Assembly (NCBI GenBank): GCA_030390025.1
Contig: CM059432.1
Location: 101,248,001-101,312,000 of the forward strand
Reading direction: 5' to 3'
DNA length: 64,000 nucleotides
Source of the DNA: Squalus acanthias
Taxonomy: Eukaryota
Both the position numbers and the translations under genes were made by a program. The notes under the pieces are model-generated. The model was not told the origin of the DNA. It made no database searches and saw nothing but the letters and a program-made list of their open reading frames with translations. Below, one piece after another: positions 25,012 through 37,799 of this stretch; within the stretch, counting starts at the first letter, position 1, and every line of letters begins with the position of its first letter.

Positions 25012-25755
25012 GGCCCAAAAATTCGTGAGGAAGCCTTCGTGCGAGGGTAAGGCCTCCCCGCGATCTCTCACTGCGCGTTGGCTTTTTCAGTTCCAGCTCG
25101 CACGAACTTGATGTTCTGGACAGCTGCTGTGCTGGGCTTGCGTATCCCACCGGCGTAGTTAATTCGTGCGAGCTATGGGATCACGTGACTCAGTTAGAGC
25201 CAATGGCAGCACACCATCTTCCATTCATAACTTTCACATAAGTGCTGTGAAAGCTATGAATACTATAGCCCCCCAAAAGAACCGCTAAACCTCAATTAAT
25301 TTTTTTTTAAAAACCATCACATTAATAAAATAAGTATAGTTAAATAAATTAACCATTTTAAAATGAAAATTAAATTTTTGAAAAAATTTAAAATCTTTTA
25401 AAAAGTTATAAAAATAAACTTACCTGTCTTTAAAGTCTCTAAAAAAGATATACCTGTTAAAAAAAATTCAAAATAATACTTAATTCACTACTTACCTTGT
25501 TAAAAGTGGGTCTTACTCCTCCTTTTTTTATGTGTAGAATCTTCCGTACTTACCTGCGCGTTGAAACCACTAAGTGCACTGCATGCGCACAGCCTGTAGC
25601 GCGCACGCGGTTCACCTAGGACCCGCCCCCTTTTCCATTCACCAAGTGCCGGTTTTCAGCGCATGCGCAGTGCATGCAGAAAACCGGCAATTGGAGACAG
25701 AATACGCGAGAGTATGCAGTGCGTACTCTCGCGTAGCGGCACTAATTTTTGGGCC
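25012..25755. mobile_element. Non-autonomous TIR element (MITE)
   Basis: TIRs ggcccaaaa / ttttgggcc; ATT TSD on both sides; GC-rich arms around an AT-rich centre. Confidence 0.8.
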
Positions 25756-27299
25756 ATTATCTCGTGTGTCTCATCGGCACTAATCATGGTACACAGGCAC
25801 ATGCAGGCTGCATCACATGTCTTCGATATTCCTGCATGTATCTTGTGTTTCTCCAAGTTTCAGAAGAAACAAGAACACCAGTGTGCACAGTGATTATGCT
25901 TACCTTCTGGCCTATGGATATTTTATATTAGATTTGATCTCACACATGTTACTTCATCGTCAGAACAACACCTCTGGTGGCTTTTGGAGGCGGTGTTGTG
26001 ATTTTTATCCTGAACTTGTGCAAATCAGAAGAACATAAAACATGAACTGATTTTTCTTGATTAAAAACTCATGAATTTCCTTCTCTTACTGCAGTCATAC
26101 ATGAGTGCATGATTATGCAACGTATAAACCCTTTCCATATTTAACTTACAATATTGTACCATAATGTGTTAAACAAATTTTAAAAAGAAACTACAGAATG
26201 TTCAAAATTAATTACCAACACAGGATTTCCTACGTGATGCGAAAACTAAATCTGGGTTATACAAAGTGAAGGGTGATTTAATGAAACAATGCTTTTAACA
26301 TTGTCATCTCACTCATATGCCATGGTCAGTGTGAAGAATCTATCTCCCTGTGATGGCAATGATTACATCCATTACTCTGCTGATGTTAACGATATAATGA
26401 ATACATATGGCTAAAAGGGTACTCCTGGATTTTATTCCACTGAGTCAGCAATTCCCATCTGGCTTGTTCAGCATTTTGATGCAAGATTGATCCTCCAGTG
26501 TGTAATCCATCTCCACAGAAAAAAATCACTTTGGAATCTCTCTAAAGGCACATAGCACCACATATTGTTGAAACTGAAGTATGGAATGCAAGAATTGTGG
26601 AAACATTAAAATACAAAAATATCAATAAAATCAGAAGCTTTTCCATTATTCTATATTTTTTTAATATAATTTTTAATGCATTCTAAATTCCTAGTATCAA
26701 TGTTTTGGAAGGAACTAAGTTCAGAGAGCATAGATGCAGATTGGTTGAGCCAAGGTTTAGGAGCTTCAAACATGGAGAGGGTTATTGTTGGTGGCCAATC
26801 AGTTAAAATTATGCCAGCACAGACCAATGACAAATGTCTTGCTGCTTGTCCCACCAGGACTCCCCTACCCACTGGGCATTAGATTGGAGGGTTTTCTGAA
26901 GCCAAGTACCCAGCTCCAGTGCCAGTTCTACCAGTCAGGTTTCTTTGGTGAGTCATGCCAACTAATCAATCATCAACTGTGCATTGGAGTGTCCTGGACC
27001 TGCCTGCCACGGTTTTTAAATTACTGAATTTGCCATGGAGATTTGATTTGGTTCCAAACCTCCATAATCAGGCTGTCATCTTGCACCCATTTCAACCCCA
27101 AGAAGGATAGTCACCAGTTAGTTATTAAAAAACTGACAAGTGTGGATTTGAGCCCTACTAAGGTCAATAGTAGCTACCAGGAATTCCTCAAAAGTGGAAT
27201 GGTAAGCAGCACAACTCACCATAAAACATCCAAGTGCTTTACCATCATCTTTCTAAGCACAGCAAGAACACACAACATACCCTGTTCCGCAATTCAAGT

Positions 27300-28105
27300 A
27301 GTTCTTCGTTAATCTGTACCTTATCTCCATTTACCCGTCATTGTTCCATATCCCTTGATACCCTTATCCAACAAAAATCTATGGATCTCAGTCTTTAAAA
27401 TTTCAATTGACCCAGCATCCACAGCCTTTTGACAGAACGAGTTCCAGATTTCCACCATCCTTCATGTGAAAAAGTGCTTTCTGATTTCACTCCTAAATGG
27501 CCTACCTTTAATTTTAAGATTGTACCCTCTTGTTCTGGATACCCCCACCAGAGGAAATAGCTTCCCTGTATCGACTCTATTGAATCTCGTTAACATTTTA
27601 AACAGACACCTCTCAACCTTCTAAACTCATGGGAATACAACCCAAGTTTATAATTTAATTCTTTAAGCCTTGGTATTATTCTGGTGAATCTTCACTGTAC
27701 CCAATCCAAGGCCAATATATCTTTCCTGTGGTTCGGTGCCAAAAACTGAACATAGCACTCCAGATGGAGTTTGACTAAGTCTCAACTGAAGGACAACTGA
27801 AGCATCATTTCCTCACTTTTGTCTTCCAACCCCCTTGACATAAAGACCAACACTCAATTTGACTTTTCGATTACTATTTTAACCTGTGCACGAGCTTTTA
27901 GTGATTTGTGTACATGGACACCTAAATCCCTTTCCTTCTCCACAACTTCTAGTCTCTCACTATTGAGAAAATATTTTGATTTGTCTTTTCAGTTCCAAAG
28001 TGGATGATTTCACACTTCCCCACGTTGAACTGCATTTGCCATAGTTTTGCCACTCACTTAGTCTGTCTAAGTCCCTTTGTAACCTCCTGCTCCCATCCAT
28101 ACTAT
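27300..28105 (-). mobile_element. Old CR1 LINE 3' fragment
   Basis: Divergent similarity to the CR1 copy at 38615-39500 (ccatatcccttgatacc...gagttccagatttccacc...). Confidence 0.75.
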
Positions 28106-28149
28106 TTAATGGGCCTGCTACCTTTGTGTTGTATCTACCGCAAACTAAA

Positions 28150-28900
28150 CTTGAATTGGGACTTTGTTGTTATTGAAGAAAGACTAGAAGGAGCAAAATA
28201 CCCTTCCCACTGCAGTTCCAAAGAGCTGTGCCTATGCTGAAGTTTACATTCACCAGGACCCAATATGAATCGACAACTGTTTCTTCTAATCAAAACGTTT
28301 GAGTTTGTTCATAATGGTGGTGAAGTGCATTATATCCTCTTGTAAAATCGGCAACAACACATCATCATCTGCAAAAAGGAATGTCAGAATACATTCATAA
28401 ATGAATGGTCACTTGGAACAGATACTCTGTGGCCATTCTTTACAATGCCAATGAATACATCATTGAGGAAGACATTGAAAAGAATCGGGGAGGGGGGGGG
28501 GTCTTGCCTCATTCCTGTTTAAAGACAGCTACGTTCATTCAGTCTCCTATCTACCCTTACATATGCCTAGGAACTGGAGCACACTCCCAGATAACATCTA
28601 AGATTTAGACATGTACTCCCATAGTTGGAAGCTCCACCATGAGGCTTCATGAGACACCATCTGGAAAGCCTTTCAAAATCTGATTCACTTTGAATGGGTT
28701 TCCCCTGAGTCCTGTGATGCTCCCTGATCCTGTATAAAGCCACAACCTTTCCTATACATTCCTCCTGAGAGAAAAATCCAGCCTGTTCCTTTTTAATTAA
28801 TCTATGGGTCTCTAAACCATCCAATAGGTATCGAACAACCCAAAGAACTACCTGAAGAGCCACGGATATCCATGAGATTTCTCAGTAATTTTAAGATTGC
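28150..28900 (-). mobile_element. Highly degenerate non-LTR RT relic (RTE/RTEX-like)
   Basis: Minus-strand fragments EQAGF, DFE, SPILFNVFLNDV and FLFADD appear in RT motif order across frameshifts. Confidence 0.55.
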
Positions 28901-28957
28901 TTTCTTGTGGATAAAAAACATAGCTACAGTCTGGAACACAAAGATTTTATGTGCTGA

Positions 28958-29328
28958 TGTCAGCTGTGGCTCAGTTGTACCACTCTCGATTCTGAGTCAG
29001 AGGCTTGAGGGTTCAAGTCCCACTCCAGGGACTTGACCACAAAATCTAGGCTGGCAGTACAGAGGGAGTGCTGCACTGTCACAGGTGCCGTCTTTGAGAT
29101 GAGACATTAAACCGAGGCCCCGTCCGCCCTCTCAGGTGGACATAAAAGATCCCATGGCACTATTTCGAAGGAGTATGTTTATCCCTGAACCAACATCACC
29201 TAAACAGATGATCGGGTCATTATCACATTGCTGTTTGTGGGACCTTGCTGAGTATAAATTGACTGTTGCTTTTCCTACATTAGGCCTGTGGTCTTGAAAG
29301 GTACTATATAAATGTAAGTCTTTCTTTC
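28958..29328 (+). mobile_element. tRNA-headed Deu-domain SINE (internally deleted)
   Basis: Head gctgtggctcag...gggttcaagtcc; core gatgagacattaaaccgaggcccc...aaagatcccatggcactattt. Confidence 0.8.
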
Positions 29329-29649
29329 AAACCAAATTCTATTCACCAGTCTCAGAAGGGAAGCTCAAAGACAATTTATTACTCCAATATTGCCAGTATA
29401 AGTTCTATGATACTGATCAGTGTATTTCATTATACTGATAATTATAATGTTGACCTTTCTATTGTTTAGGCACCAGGAAAAATTCACACCTCCTTTGCAT
29501 ATCATTACCAGCTAGTCATTAACTGATTTAGTGCAGTTGTCTACTCATTTTTTGTTCGCATGCAATTGCTGCTCATCCTGAGTACTATCGTGAAGGAAAA
29601 TTTTAGCTTTTAACACTGACAAGATTAGGTGAGCTGCACAGTTGATTTA

Positions 29650-29742
29650 AAGAAGGGTTTGCACTTGAAACTTTAACTTGTCTGTTCCCTCCACAGATGC
29701 TAATTGACTTGCTGTATGTTTCCAGCATTTGCTGTTTTTGTT
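29650..29742 (+). mobile_element. Degenerate copy of the 1806-type Penelope-like repeat
   Basis: tgaaactttaact...ccacagatgctaattgacttgctg...tttccagcatt. Confidence 0.5.
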
Positions 29743-29853
29743 TAAGCTGATCTATAGGTTAATGTGCCAGTTTGAGCTTCCCCACACAACCGCCTGACTT
29801 GCAGCAGACCAAAATGACTTTCAAATTTGACTTGGTTTAGAACAGTAGCACAG

Positions 29854-30073
29854 TGATTGACATGAATCTGTCATTCATGACTTATGAAATAATACTGGGT
29901 GGCCTGCGGGTGGCGCTGTCCAGGGAGAGTATAAATACTCGGGCACAGGCCCAGCTTGCGCAGGACATTCTTAACAGTAACTAGGGAAGGACACAACTAG
30001 ACCTCCATGTTGTAAAACAGTTGATTAAAGCTTTGTTTAATGCTTAGGCCAAGTGCCTAGTAGTTTTCTTACA
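29854..30073 (+). mobile_element. Short solo LTR inserted in the LINE's tRNA-like head
   Basis: TG...CA termini; flanks acag / tcag; TATAAA near 29929 and ATTAAA near 30025; removing it restores the head seen in the SINE copy. Confidence 0.55.
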
Positions 30074-31958
30074 TCAGTGATTATGTTACTGGACTAGTAA
30101 TCCAGAGACATGAGTTCAAATCCCAGCACGGCAGCTGGGGAATTTAAATATATCTGGAATAAAAAGCTAGTATCTGTAATGGTGACCATGAAATTATCAG
30201 ATTATCGTAAAAACCCATCTGGTTCACTTTAGGGAAGGAAATCTGCTGTCCTTACCTGGTTTGGCCTATGTGTGACTCCAGACCAACAGCAATGTGGTTG
30301 ACTCTTAACTGCCCTCTGAAATGGCCTAGCAAGCCACTCAGTTGTAACAAACCGTTACAGAAAACAATAATAAGTGTAAAACCGGACGGACCACCCAGCA
30401 TCGACCTTGGCACCGACTTCGGACAGGACAACGGCACACCCAGCCCAGTCAACCCTACAAAGTCTTCCTCACTAACATCTGGGGACTTGTGTCAAAATTG
30501 GAAGAGCTGACACACAGTCTAGTCAAGCAACAGCCTGACATAGTCATACTCACAGAATCATACCTTTCAGCCAAGGTCCCAGACTCCTCCATCATCATCC
30601 CTGGGTATGTCCTGTCCCATCGGCATGACAGACCCACCAGAGGTGGCGGTACAGTGGTATACAGTCGGGAAGGAGTGGCCCTGAGAGTCCTCAACATTGA
30701 CTCCGGACCCCATGAATTCTCATGGCTTCAGGTCAAGCATGAGCAAGGAAACCTCCTGCTGATTACCACCTAGCAGCCCTCCCTCAGCTGATGAATCAGT
30801 AATCCTCCATGTTGAACACCACTTAGAAGATACAATGAGGGTAGCAAGGGCACAGAATGTACTCTGGGTGGGGGACTTCAATGTCCATCACCAAGAGTGG
30901 CTCGGTAGCACCACTACTGTCCTAGCTGGCCGAGTCTTGAAGGACGTAGCTGCCAGATTGGGCCTGCGGCAGGTGGTGAGAAAACCAACACGAGGGGAAA
31001 ACCTACTTGACCTCGTCCTCACCAATCTACCTGTCGCAGATGCATCTGTCCATGACAGTATTGGTAGCAGTGACCACCGCACAGTCCTAGTGGAGACGAA
31101 GTCCCGTCTTCACACTGAGAACACCCTCCATGGTGTTGGGTGGCACTACCACCGTGCTAAATGGGATAGATTCAGAACATGTCTAGCTGCTCAAAATTGG
31201 GCATCCATGAGGCGCTGTGGGCCATCAGCAGCAGCAGAATTGTACTCCACCACAATCTGTAATCTCATGGCCGGGCATATCCCTCACTCTACCATTACCA
31301 TCAAGTCAGGGTATGAGGAATGCAGAAGAGCATGCCAGGTGCAGCACCAGGCGTACCTAACAATGAGGTGCCAATCTGGGGAAGCTGCAACACATGCATG
31401 CTAAACAGCGAAAGCAGCATACTATAGACATAGCTAAGCAATCCCACAACCAATGGATCAGATTCTGCAGTCCTGCCACATCCAGTCATGAATGGTGGTG
31501 GACCATTAAACAACTAACGAGAGCAGGAGGCTCCATGAATATCCCCATCCTCAATGATGGCGGAGCCCAGCACACGAGTGCAAAAGACAAGGCTGAAGCA
31601 TTTGCAACCATCTTCAGCCAGAAGTGCCGAGTGGATGATTCATATTGGCCTCCTTCTGATGTCCCCACCATCACAGAAGCCAGTATTCATCCAATTTGAA
31701 TCACTCCACGTGATATCAAGAAATAACTGAGCGCAAAGGCTATGGGCCTGACAACATCCCAGCTGTCGTGCTGAAGACTTGTGCTCCAGAACTAGCCGTG
31801 CCTCTAGCCAAGCTGTTTCAGTACAGCTACAACACTGGCATCTACCCGACAATGTGGAAAACTGCCCAGGTATGTCCTGTCCACAAAAAGCAGGACAAAT
31901 CCAATCTGGCCACTTTCAATCATCAGCAAAGTGATGGATGGTGTCGTCGACAGAGGGT

Positions 31959-33003
31959 TGTAGGTGGTTTGCCTTGGTGGTTCGAATCACCTCTCCTACT
32001 TAGTTCTATATGACAGGAATTACGGTGAACAGGATTGGAACACAAACAAGCTTTTCGGACTTAACTGTACGTTGTTTAATAAGGTTAACACACACACCTG
32101 CCTCCAGTATGTAAAATGCCTGGTGGCGTAAAACAAACAGTACAACAATACAACTTGGCCCGTCGAACAGGCCCCTGTCTCGTATTAAGACGCCTAAAAT
32201 CACACTGTGTTGCTATACAGAGTATAACATGGACTTGTCCCACAAACCCCGGAACATACACTATATAATACACACAGAACCTCCCCACTAAACCCCTCTG
32301 GATTGGTTGGGACACACAACACCCCCTCACACAGTACCGGTGGTCTTAAGAATGCGTGGGCTTGGACAATGCTCACCCCGATTGTCCATTTTCTTGCTCG
32401 CTGCTTCCATGTGTAGAACGTGTCTCCTGGTTCCGTATCGCCGATGCAGTATCCAAGTCCCAGTTTCGAGGCTCGTTCCTGCAGTCGAAGAGCAAGGCAA
32501 GGCTCTTGTCGCTCATGGTGGTTTCTTCTCTCCGTCTCGGACGGAGTGCTCGGTTCTTGGTTCAGAGATGAGGGCACGTGAAGGCGAGAGCAAGCGAGAG
32601 AGAGCCAGAATGGCTAAAGCTGCCTTCTCTTATACCCTAAAAGTTCAGTGATGTCTTTTTAATCACCCTTCTTTGTCTGGTTTCCTACCTTTCTGCGGCT
32701 ATCCCATCTAGGTAATGGTGTTAATGGCAGATGATGGGCTGCACTTCTCACCCGATCCTGGGTTAAGTGGTTTCCCATTAATTTACAATGGCCCTCCATC
32801 TTCTGCCCATTGTTTCCCAGAGAACTCTGTCTGCTCAGACATTCTCCGTAATCAGTTTGTAGGCCTGGTTGGAATCTCCTGTCCATCATGAACACCTGGG
32901 CCCCTCCCATCTTCTCCAAACAGGCTGCTGGTCAATCAGCAGTAACAATCATACAAAATGTCCGATACAAAAAAAATCCTTGGGGCCTGCGCTGATGCTT
33001 ACA
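31959..33003 (-). mobile_element. Solo LTR (about 1.05 kb, ERV/Gypsy-type) nested in the LINE RT
   Basis: TGTAGG...CTTACA termini interrupt the LINE reading GVVD|(S)AIKRHL; minus-strand TATAA at 32630-32634 and ATTAAA at 32075-32080; TSD not clean. Confidence 0.7.
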
Positions 33004-34808
33004 GCTATCAAGCGGCACTTACTCACCAATAACCTGCTCACCGCTGCTCAGTTCGGCTTCAGCCCAGACTACTCGGTTCCAGACCTCATTACAGCCTTTG
33101 CCCAAACATGGACAAAGGAGCTGAATTCCAGAGGTGAGGTGAGAGTGACTGCCCTTGACATCAAGGCAGCATTTGACTGAGTGTGGCATCAAGGAGCCCT
33201 AGTAAAACTGAAGTCAATGGGAATCGGTGGGAAAACTCTCCTCTGGCTGGAGTCATACCTAGCACAAAGGAAGATGTTTGTGGTTGTTGGAGGTCAATCA
33301 TCTCAGCCCCAAGACATCGCTGCAGCAGTTCCTCAGGGCAGTGTCCTAGGCCCAACCATCTTCATCAATGACCTTCCCTCCATCATAAGGTCAGAAATGG
33401 GGATGTTCGCTGATGACTGCACAGTGTTCAGTGCCATTCACAACTCCTCAGATAATGAAGCAGTCCATGCCCGCATGCAGCGAGACCTGGATGACATTCA
33501 GGTTTGGGCTGATAAGTGGCAAGTAACATTCGAGCCACACAAGTGCCAGGCAATGACTATCTCCAACAAGAGAGAGTCTAACCACCGCCCCATGACATTC
33601 AACGGCATCACCATTGCCGAATCCCCCACCATCAACATCTTGGGGGCTCACCATTGACCAGAAACTTAACTGGACCAGCCACATAAATACTGTGTCTACA
33701 AGAGCAGGCCAGAGGCTGGGCATTCTGCGGCGAGTGTCTCACCTCCTGACTCCCCAAAGCCTTTCCACCATCTACAAGGCACAAGTCAGGAGTGTGATGG
33801 AATACTATCCACTTGCCTGGATGAGTGCAGCTCCAACAACACTCAAGAAGCTTGACACCATCCAGGACAAAGCAGCCCACTTGATTGGCACCCCATCCAC
33901 CACCTTAAACATTCACTCCCTCCACCACCAGCGCATCGTGGCTGCAGGGTGTACCATCTACAAATGCACTGCAACAACTCACCAAGGCTTCTTCGACAGC
34001 ACCTAGAAGGACAAAAGCAGCAGGTGCCTGGGAACACCATCACCTGCAAGTTCTCCTCCAAGTTACACACCATCCTGACTTGGAAATATATCGCCGATCC
34101 TTCATCGTCGCTGGGTCAAAATCCTGGCACTCCCTCCCTAACAGCACTCTGGGAGTGCCTGCATCACACAGACTGCAGCGGTTCAAGAAGGTGGCTCACC
34201 ATCACCTTCTCAAGGGCAATTAGGGATGGGCAATAAATGCCGGCCTTGCCAGCGTTCGCCCACATCAGGAACAACTTTTAAAAAAATTACCAGGGGCCAC
34301 AGCTATAGAGTTGTGGTCTAATAGTAATATATGTGCATCTCCAATGCTCCTGTTAGCAATAGCAGTTACACTGATATCAGGATTGGGAATCTAAACCAAT
34401 ATAAATTTTGACATTAAAAAGTTTATAAAAATCAAATTGTTTTCTAAAGTGACCCATCTCAGGTCTGTGGTAGGTCTGGATGTACGTGATGGAAGCTCTC
34501 AGCTGATAGGATAACTGTGCATCACAGATAATCTTGCCAGCAGGTCACCTTATGTTATATTGATTAACTGCTTATAGTGCTCAACTGGCATCTTGCCAAG
34601 CAAGCATTCTATATGTATTCCACTGTAATTTATAAATGGGAGCAAATCTGAAATTCTGCTTAACCCAGACACAAACATTACTTCATGGATGAAAAAACCA
34701 GCTCTGCAATAAAGTGGAGTTGAAGAGATTGAGTGCTCAGCATTTCACACCATGAAACTCTTTTTTTTAAATCAGTTTCAAATTTGCTGTATTTTTTCTG
34801 GACATATG

Positions 34809-35565
34809 GGGCCTGAATTTGCGGTCGGAGGCTTCTCGTGGGCGAATGCCTCCAAACCACAAGAAAAGTATGAATCTACCCGATGGTCCCGGACGGTTCG
34901 AACACTTGCGCTCCTGGGCCTCTACACGTACGCATGCGTAAAGGCCCACATATCCCAGGGGCGCATGCTGTTCGCAAGCGCCCCTGAAATCATGTGGGCC
35001 AGCCCAACCAATCAGAAAGGGGGAATCCCCATTATGTTTATGGGGATTCCATTTACGTACGGAATCCCCATAAGCATGAATAGGAATCCCTAAAAAACAC
35101 AATTACACACCAGTTAAATAAAAATAAATCATTACATCTACAAAATTAATTAAAATTAAATAAATTAAACATTTAAAACAAAAATGTAATTTTTTGAAAA
35201 ATAAATATAAACGTTTTAAAGCGGCTAAAAATAAACTAAACTAGTTTTAAAGTTTTTTCTGTTTAAATAATTTTAAAAAATTATTTTAATATTTATTTAA
35301 ACTCTTACGCTGGTAAAAGAAAGCCTGCTTTTACCAGGCGAAAGAGTTTCACGGGCATTCGCTGGGCAGTAGTTGGGCAAATAGCCCAACTCTCCGCCAG
35401 TGAATGTCCATTTTCCGGGGATGCGGTGGATCTGTCGTGCTGAAACTTGACAGATCACAAGTTCTGGGTTTTCACGCATGCGCAGCGCACACGGAAACCC
35501 GGAACTTACGGGCATTACATGGATTTTTTTAAGCATAAATCAATAGTTCTTGAATTTTTGTGGCC
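34809..35565. mobile_element. Non-autonomous TIR element (MITE), inverted relative of 48753-49508
   Basis: Termini gggcctgaattt / aatttttgtggcc; shares ctggtaaaag...cctgcttttaccagg and the ctgtc/gacag hairpin with the 48753 element. Confidence 0.7.
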
Positions 35566-35621
35566 AATAAAGGGTCTCAATTAATTACGGTATATATTTA
35601 CTTTGTTTATCTCTAACTTTT

Positions 35622-35760
35622 TCCAGTTCTGATGAAGGGTCATTGACCTGAAACATTAACTCTGTTTCTCTCTCTACAGGTGCTGCCTGACCTGCTGAGT
35701 ATTTCCAGCATTTTCTGTTTTTATTTCAGATTTCCAGCATCCGTAGCCTCTTTCTTTTGT
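35622..35760 (+). mobile_element. Penelope-like short repeat with minimal hammerhead motif
   Basis: agtt-CTGATGA-agggtcattgacct-GAAAC-att-aact; near-identical to 1806-1934. Confidence 0.65.
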
Positions 35761-35841
35761 ATTTACACTGTTTTATTTTGCATTAAGTTTGATTTCCAGG
35801 TGTTAGCCATTAGGTCCTTCAATGGAAAAATTAGTCACATA

Positions 35842-36838
35842 GGGGGAATTTTAACCTAAAAGAACGAGTGGATTGGGGTCATGTGGGAAGTTAAAGTATT
35901 AAAAATCTGAATCCAGACCCAAGCCCACCTCCAACCCGCCTACTTCCGATTTTAACGGAGGCGTGTCGGGGGGCAGGCAGCCAATCCGCTGCCAAGAGGC
36001 CAGTCGTTTATTTAAATATTATAATGAGGCTGGAGGCCTTTGCTTTAACCTCCATTTTGATTTTAACTTTAGCTGATTGGGTTTTGCAGGCCTCGTGAAA
36101 CCCGTCAGCTAATGTAAGGCGAGGATTGCTGGATCCAGGAGGTAAGTGCCTTTACACTTACCTTCTGGATCCAGGGTCCCTGCCTAACCCACCCCCGCGA
36201 TCGGAGATGCCCCCCACGAAGCCTCCGATCTCCCCCAAGCCTTTCATCACCCCCACGAGGCCTCCCTCCCCACAGGCCTCCGATGTCCCCCACGAGGCCT
36301 CCCCCCCACAGGCTTCCGGTCCCCCCCATGGGGCCCCACACTGCCCTGCTCCACCGGCCCCTGATCTTCACCCGACCCCCACCCCACTTCTCCGGCCGCC
36401 AATCTTCACCCGACACCACCCCTCCCACCCCGTGCTGCTCCCAGCCCCCGATCCTTCTCAGAGCCCCCCCACCACCTTGTGCTGGTCCTGGCCCCCGTTC
36501 CTCTTCTGACCACCCCCCCCCACACCCCATGCTCCTCTGGCTGCCCCCCCCCAGCCCCCGATCCTCTTCCAACCCTGTTCCGTGCTCCTCCGGCTACTCC
36601 CTAGCCCCCCGTGAACCCTCCTTCCTCTCTGCGGCCTAGTGCCGCAGGTCTACCCACCCAGAGCCAGCCAGCCTCTCAATCTGGCTGACTGCGGGTGGGA
36701 AACAGAGATTTCCCATGCAAATCAAGCCCTGCCATTAAATTCGGCAGGGCCTGCGGGAAACCCGTTCTTCCGGGTTTCAGGACTACTTTGGAGCCGCCCC
36801 TCCACTCCCAACCAATCTTCCCCATTAAGATTCAGCCC
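35842..36838. mobile_element. Non-autonomous TIR element with a C-rich low-complexity interior (36180-36620)
   Basis: Termini gggggaatttt / aagattcagccc with ATA TSD; partly inverted subterminal blocks (ggcagccaatc / gattgggt). Confidence 0.65.
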
Positions 36839-37799
36839 ATACTTTCTGTACATCTGGGGACACTGTAGATTCTGCGAGCAGCCCCCATTGCCTGATGCAT
36901 GTGAAGTTTAATAAATCAATAAGATCTGAGCCACAATAAGCAGATTGTAGAAACTTAAAAAGGAAAGAAAAGGAGCCTCCTGATCCTATAAAAAAACAAA
37001 CTGGTCACTGGTCTAAATGAGCTGGTGAAAAATTAAGAACTGTGGGTACAAAAATAATCCAAAAACCCCCCGAATGAATGGCTCTATGGTATCAGTCACT
37101 GTGAAAGAGATTCTGGCCAGAAGACAGCAGTACTTGTCAGCAGTGTCTCTCTCCCTTCTCCCCCCACCCACCACATCCATGATAAAGGAAACACGGAAGT
37201 AGAATCTATCACAAGGTCAGGAAATGCTTCCATGTGAATTTAATTAAAAGCAGAAACTGGCCTTTGATCCAATGTACAGAAGACTTCAGGTGATGGGCCA
37301 TAAGAGAAGCCATGGTGGAAGTGTTTAGTGCGAGAATTTGGAGAGCGTGACTGAGACCAAAAGGGACTCATATGCCAATGAATTTAATAAGTGTCCTCTT
37401 TTCAATATCATGTTGTGTACTGCACTTCAAAGGATAGGAAGTCTAGCTCATAATAAGAATTAGAAAAATGCTACCATTGATTGCTTCCTTTATGGGTACC
37501 ATTTATCTCTACATAAACATCTTTTTTGACTGTAGCAGACCAATTCTGTGGTACACATTTGACATCTACATATTTGCTCTTTCGACAGAAGACTCTGGAC
37601 CATCTTCAATGTGGAGTCCTACCACTGCACCAAAAGTCACTCACATGTCCATCACTAATGTAGCAGGCACCAGCATATATTTAACAATAGCTTCATTTCC
37701 ATAATTTAGTGAATCACCACATTGCACATGGGGCCTCTAATGAAAAAAAACAAAATCAGAGCTGAATAGCTTGGGAAGGTGACAATCAAAAGTAAATGA

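Larger units (their letters stand above)
29840..34286 (+). mobile_element. Apparently full-length single-ORF non-LTR retrotransposon (APE plus RT; CR1 group, Zenon-like by motif resemblance) with a tRNA-like 5' head; inactivated; contains two nested LTRs
   Basis: APE motifs ILTESYL, GGGT, VGDFNVHH, LDLVLTN, SDH (30455-31100); RT motifs LKTCAPELAVPLAKLF, QFGF, DIKAAFD*VWH, VPQGSVLGP, FADD; A-rich 3' end. The head gtagcacag/tgattatgttactgg...gagttcaaatccc is shared with the SINE at 61632-62027. Confidence 0.88.

Noticed and set aside
36105..36639. Gly-rich and Pro-rich ORFs
   Set aside because: Artefacts of the C-rich repeat inside a TIR element.
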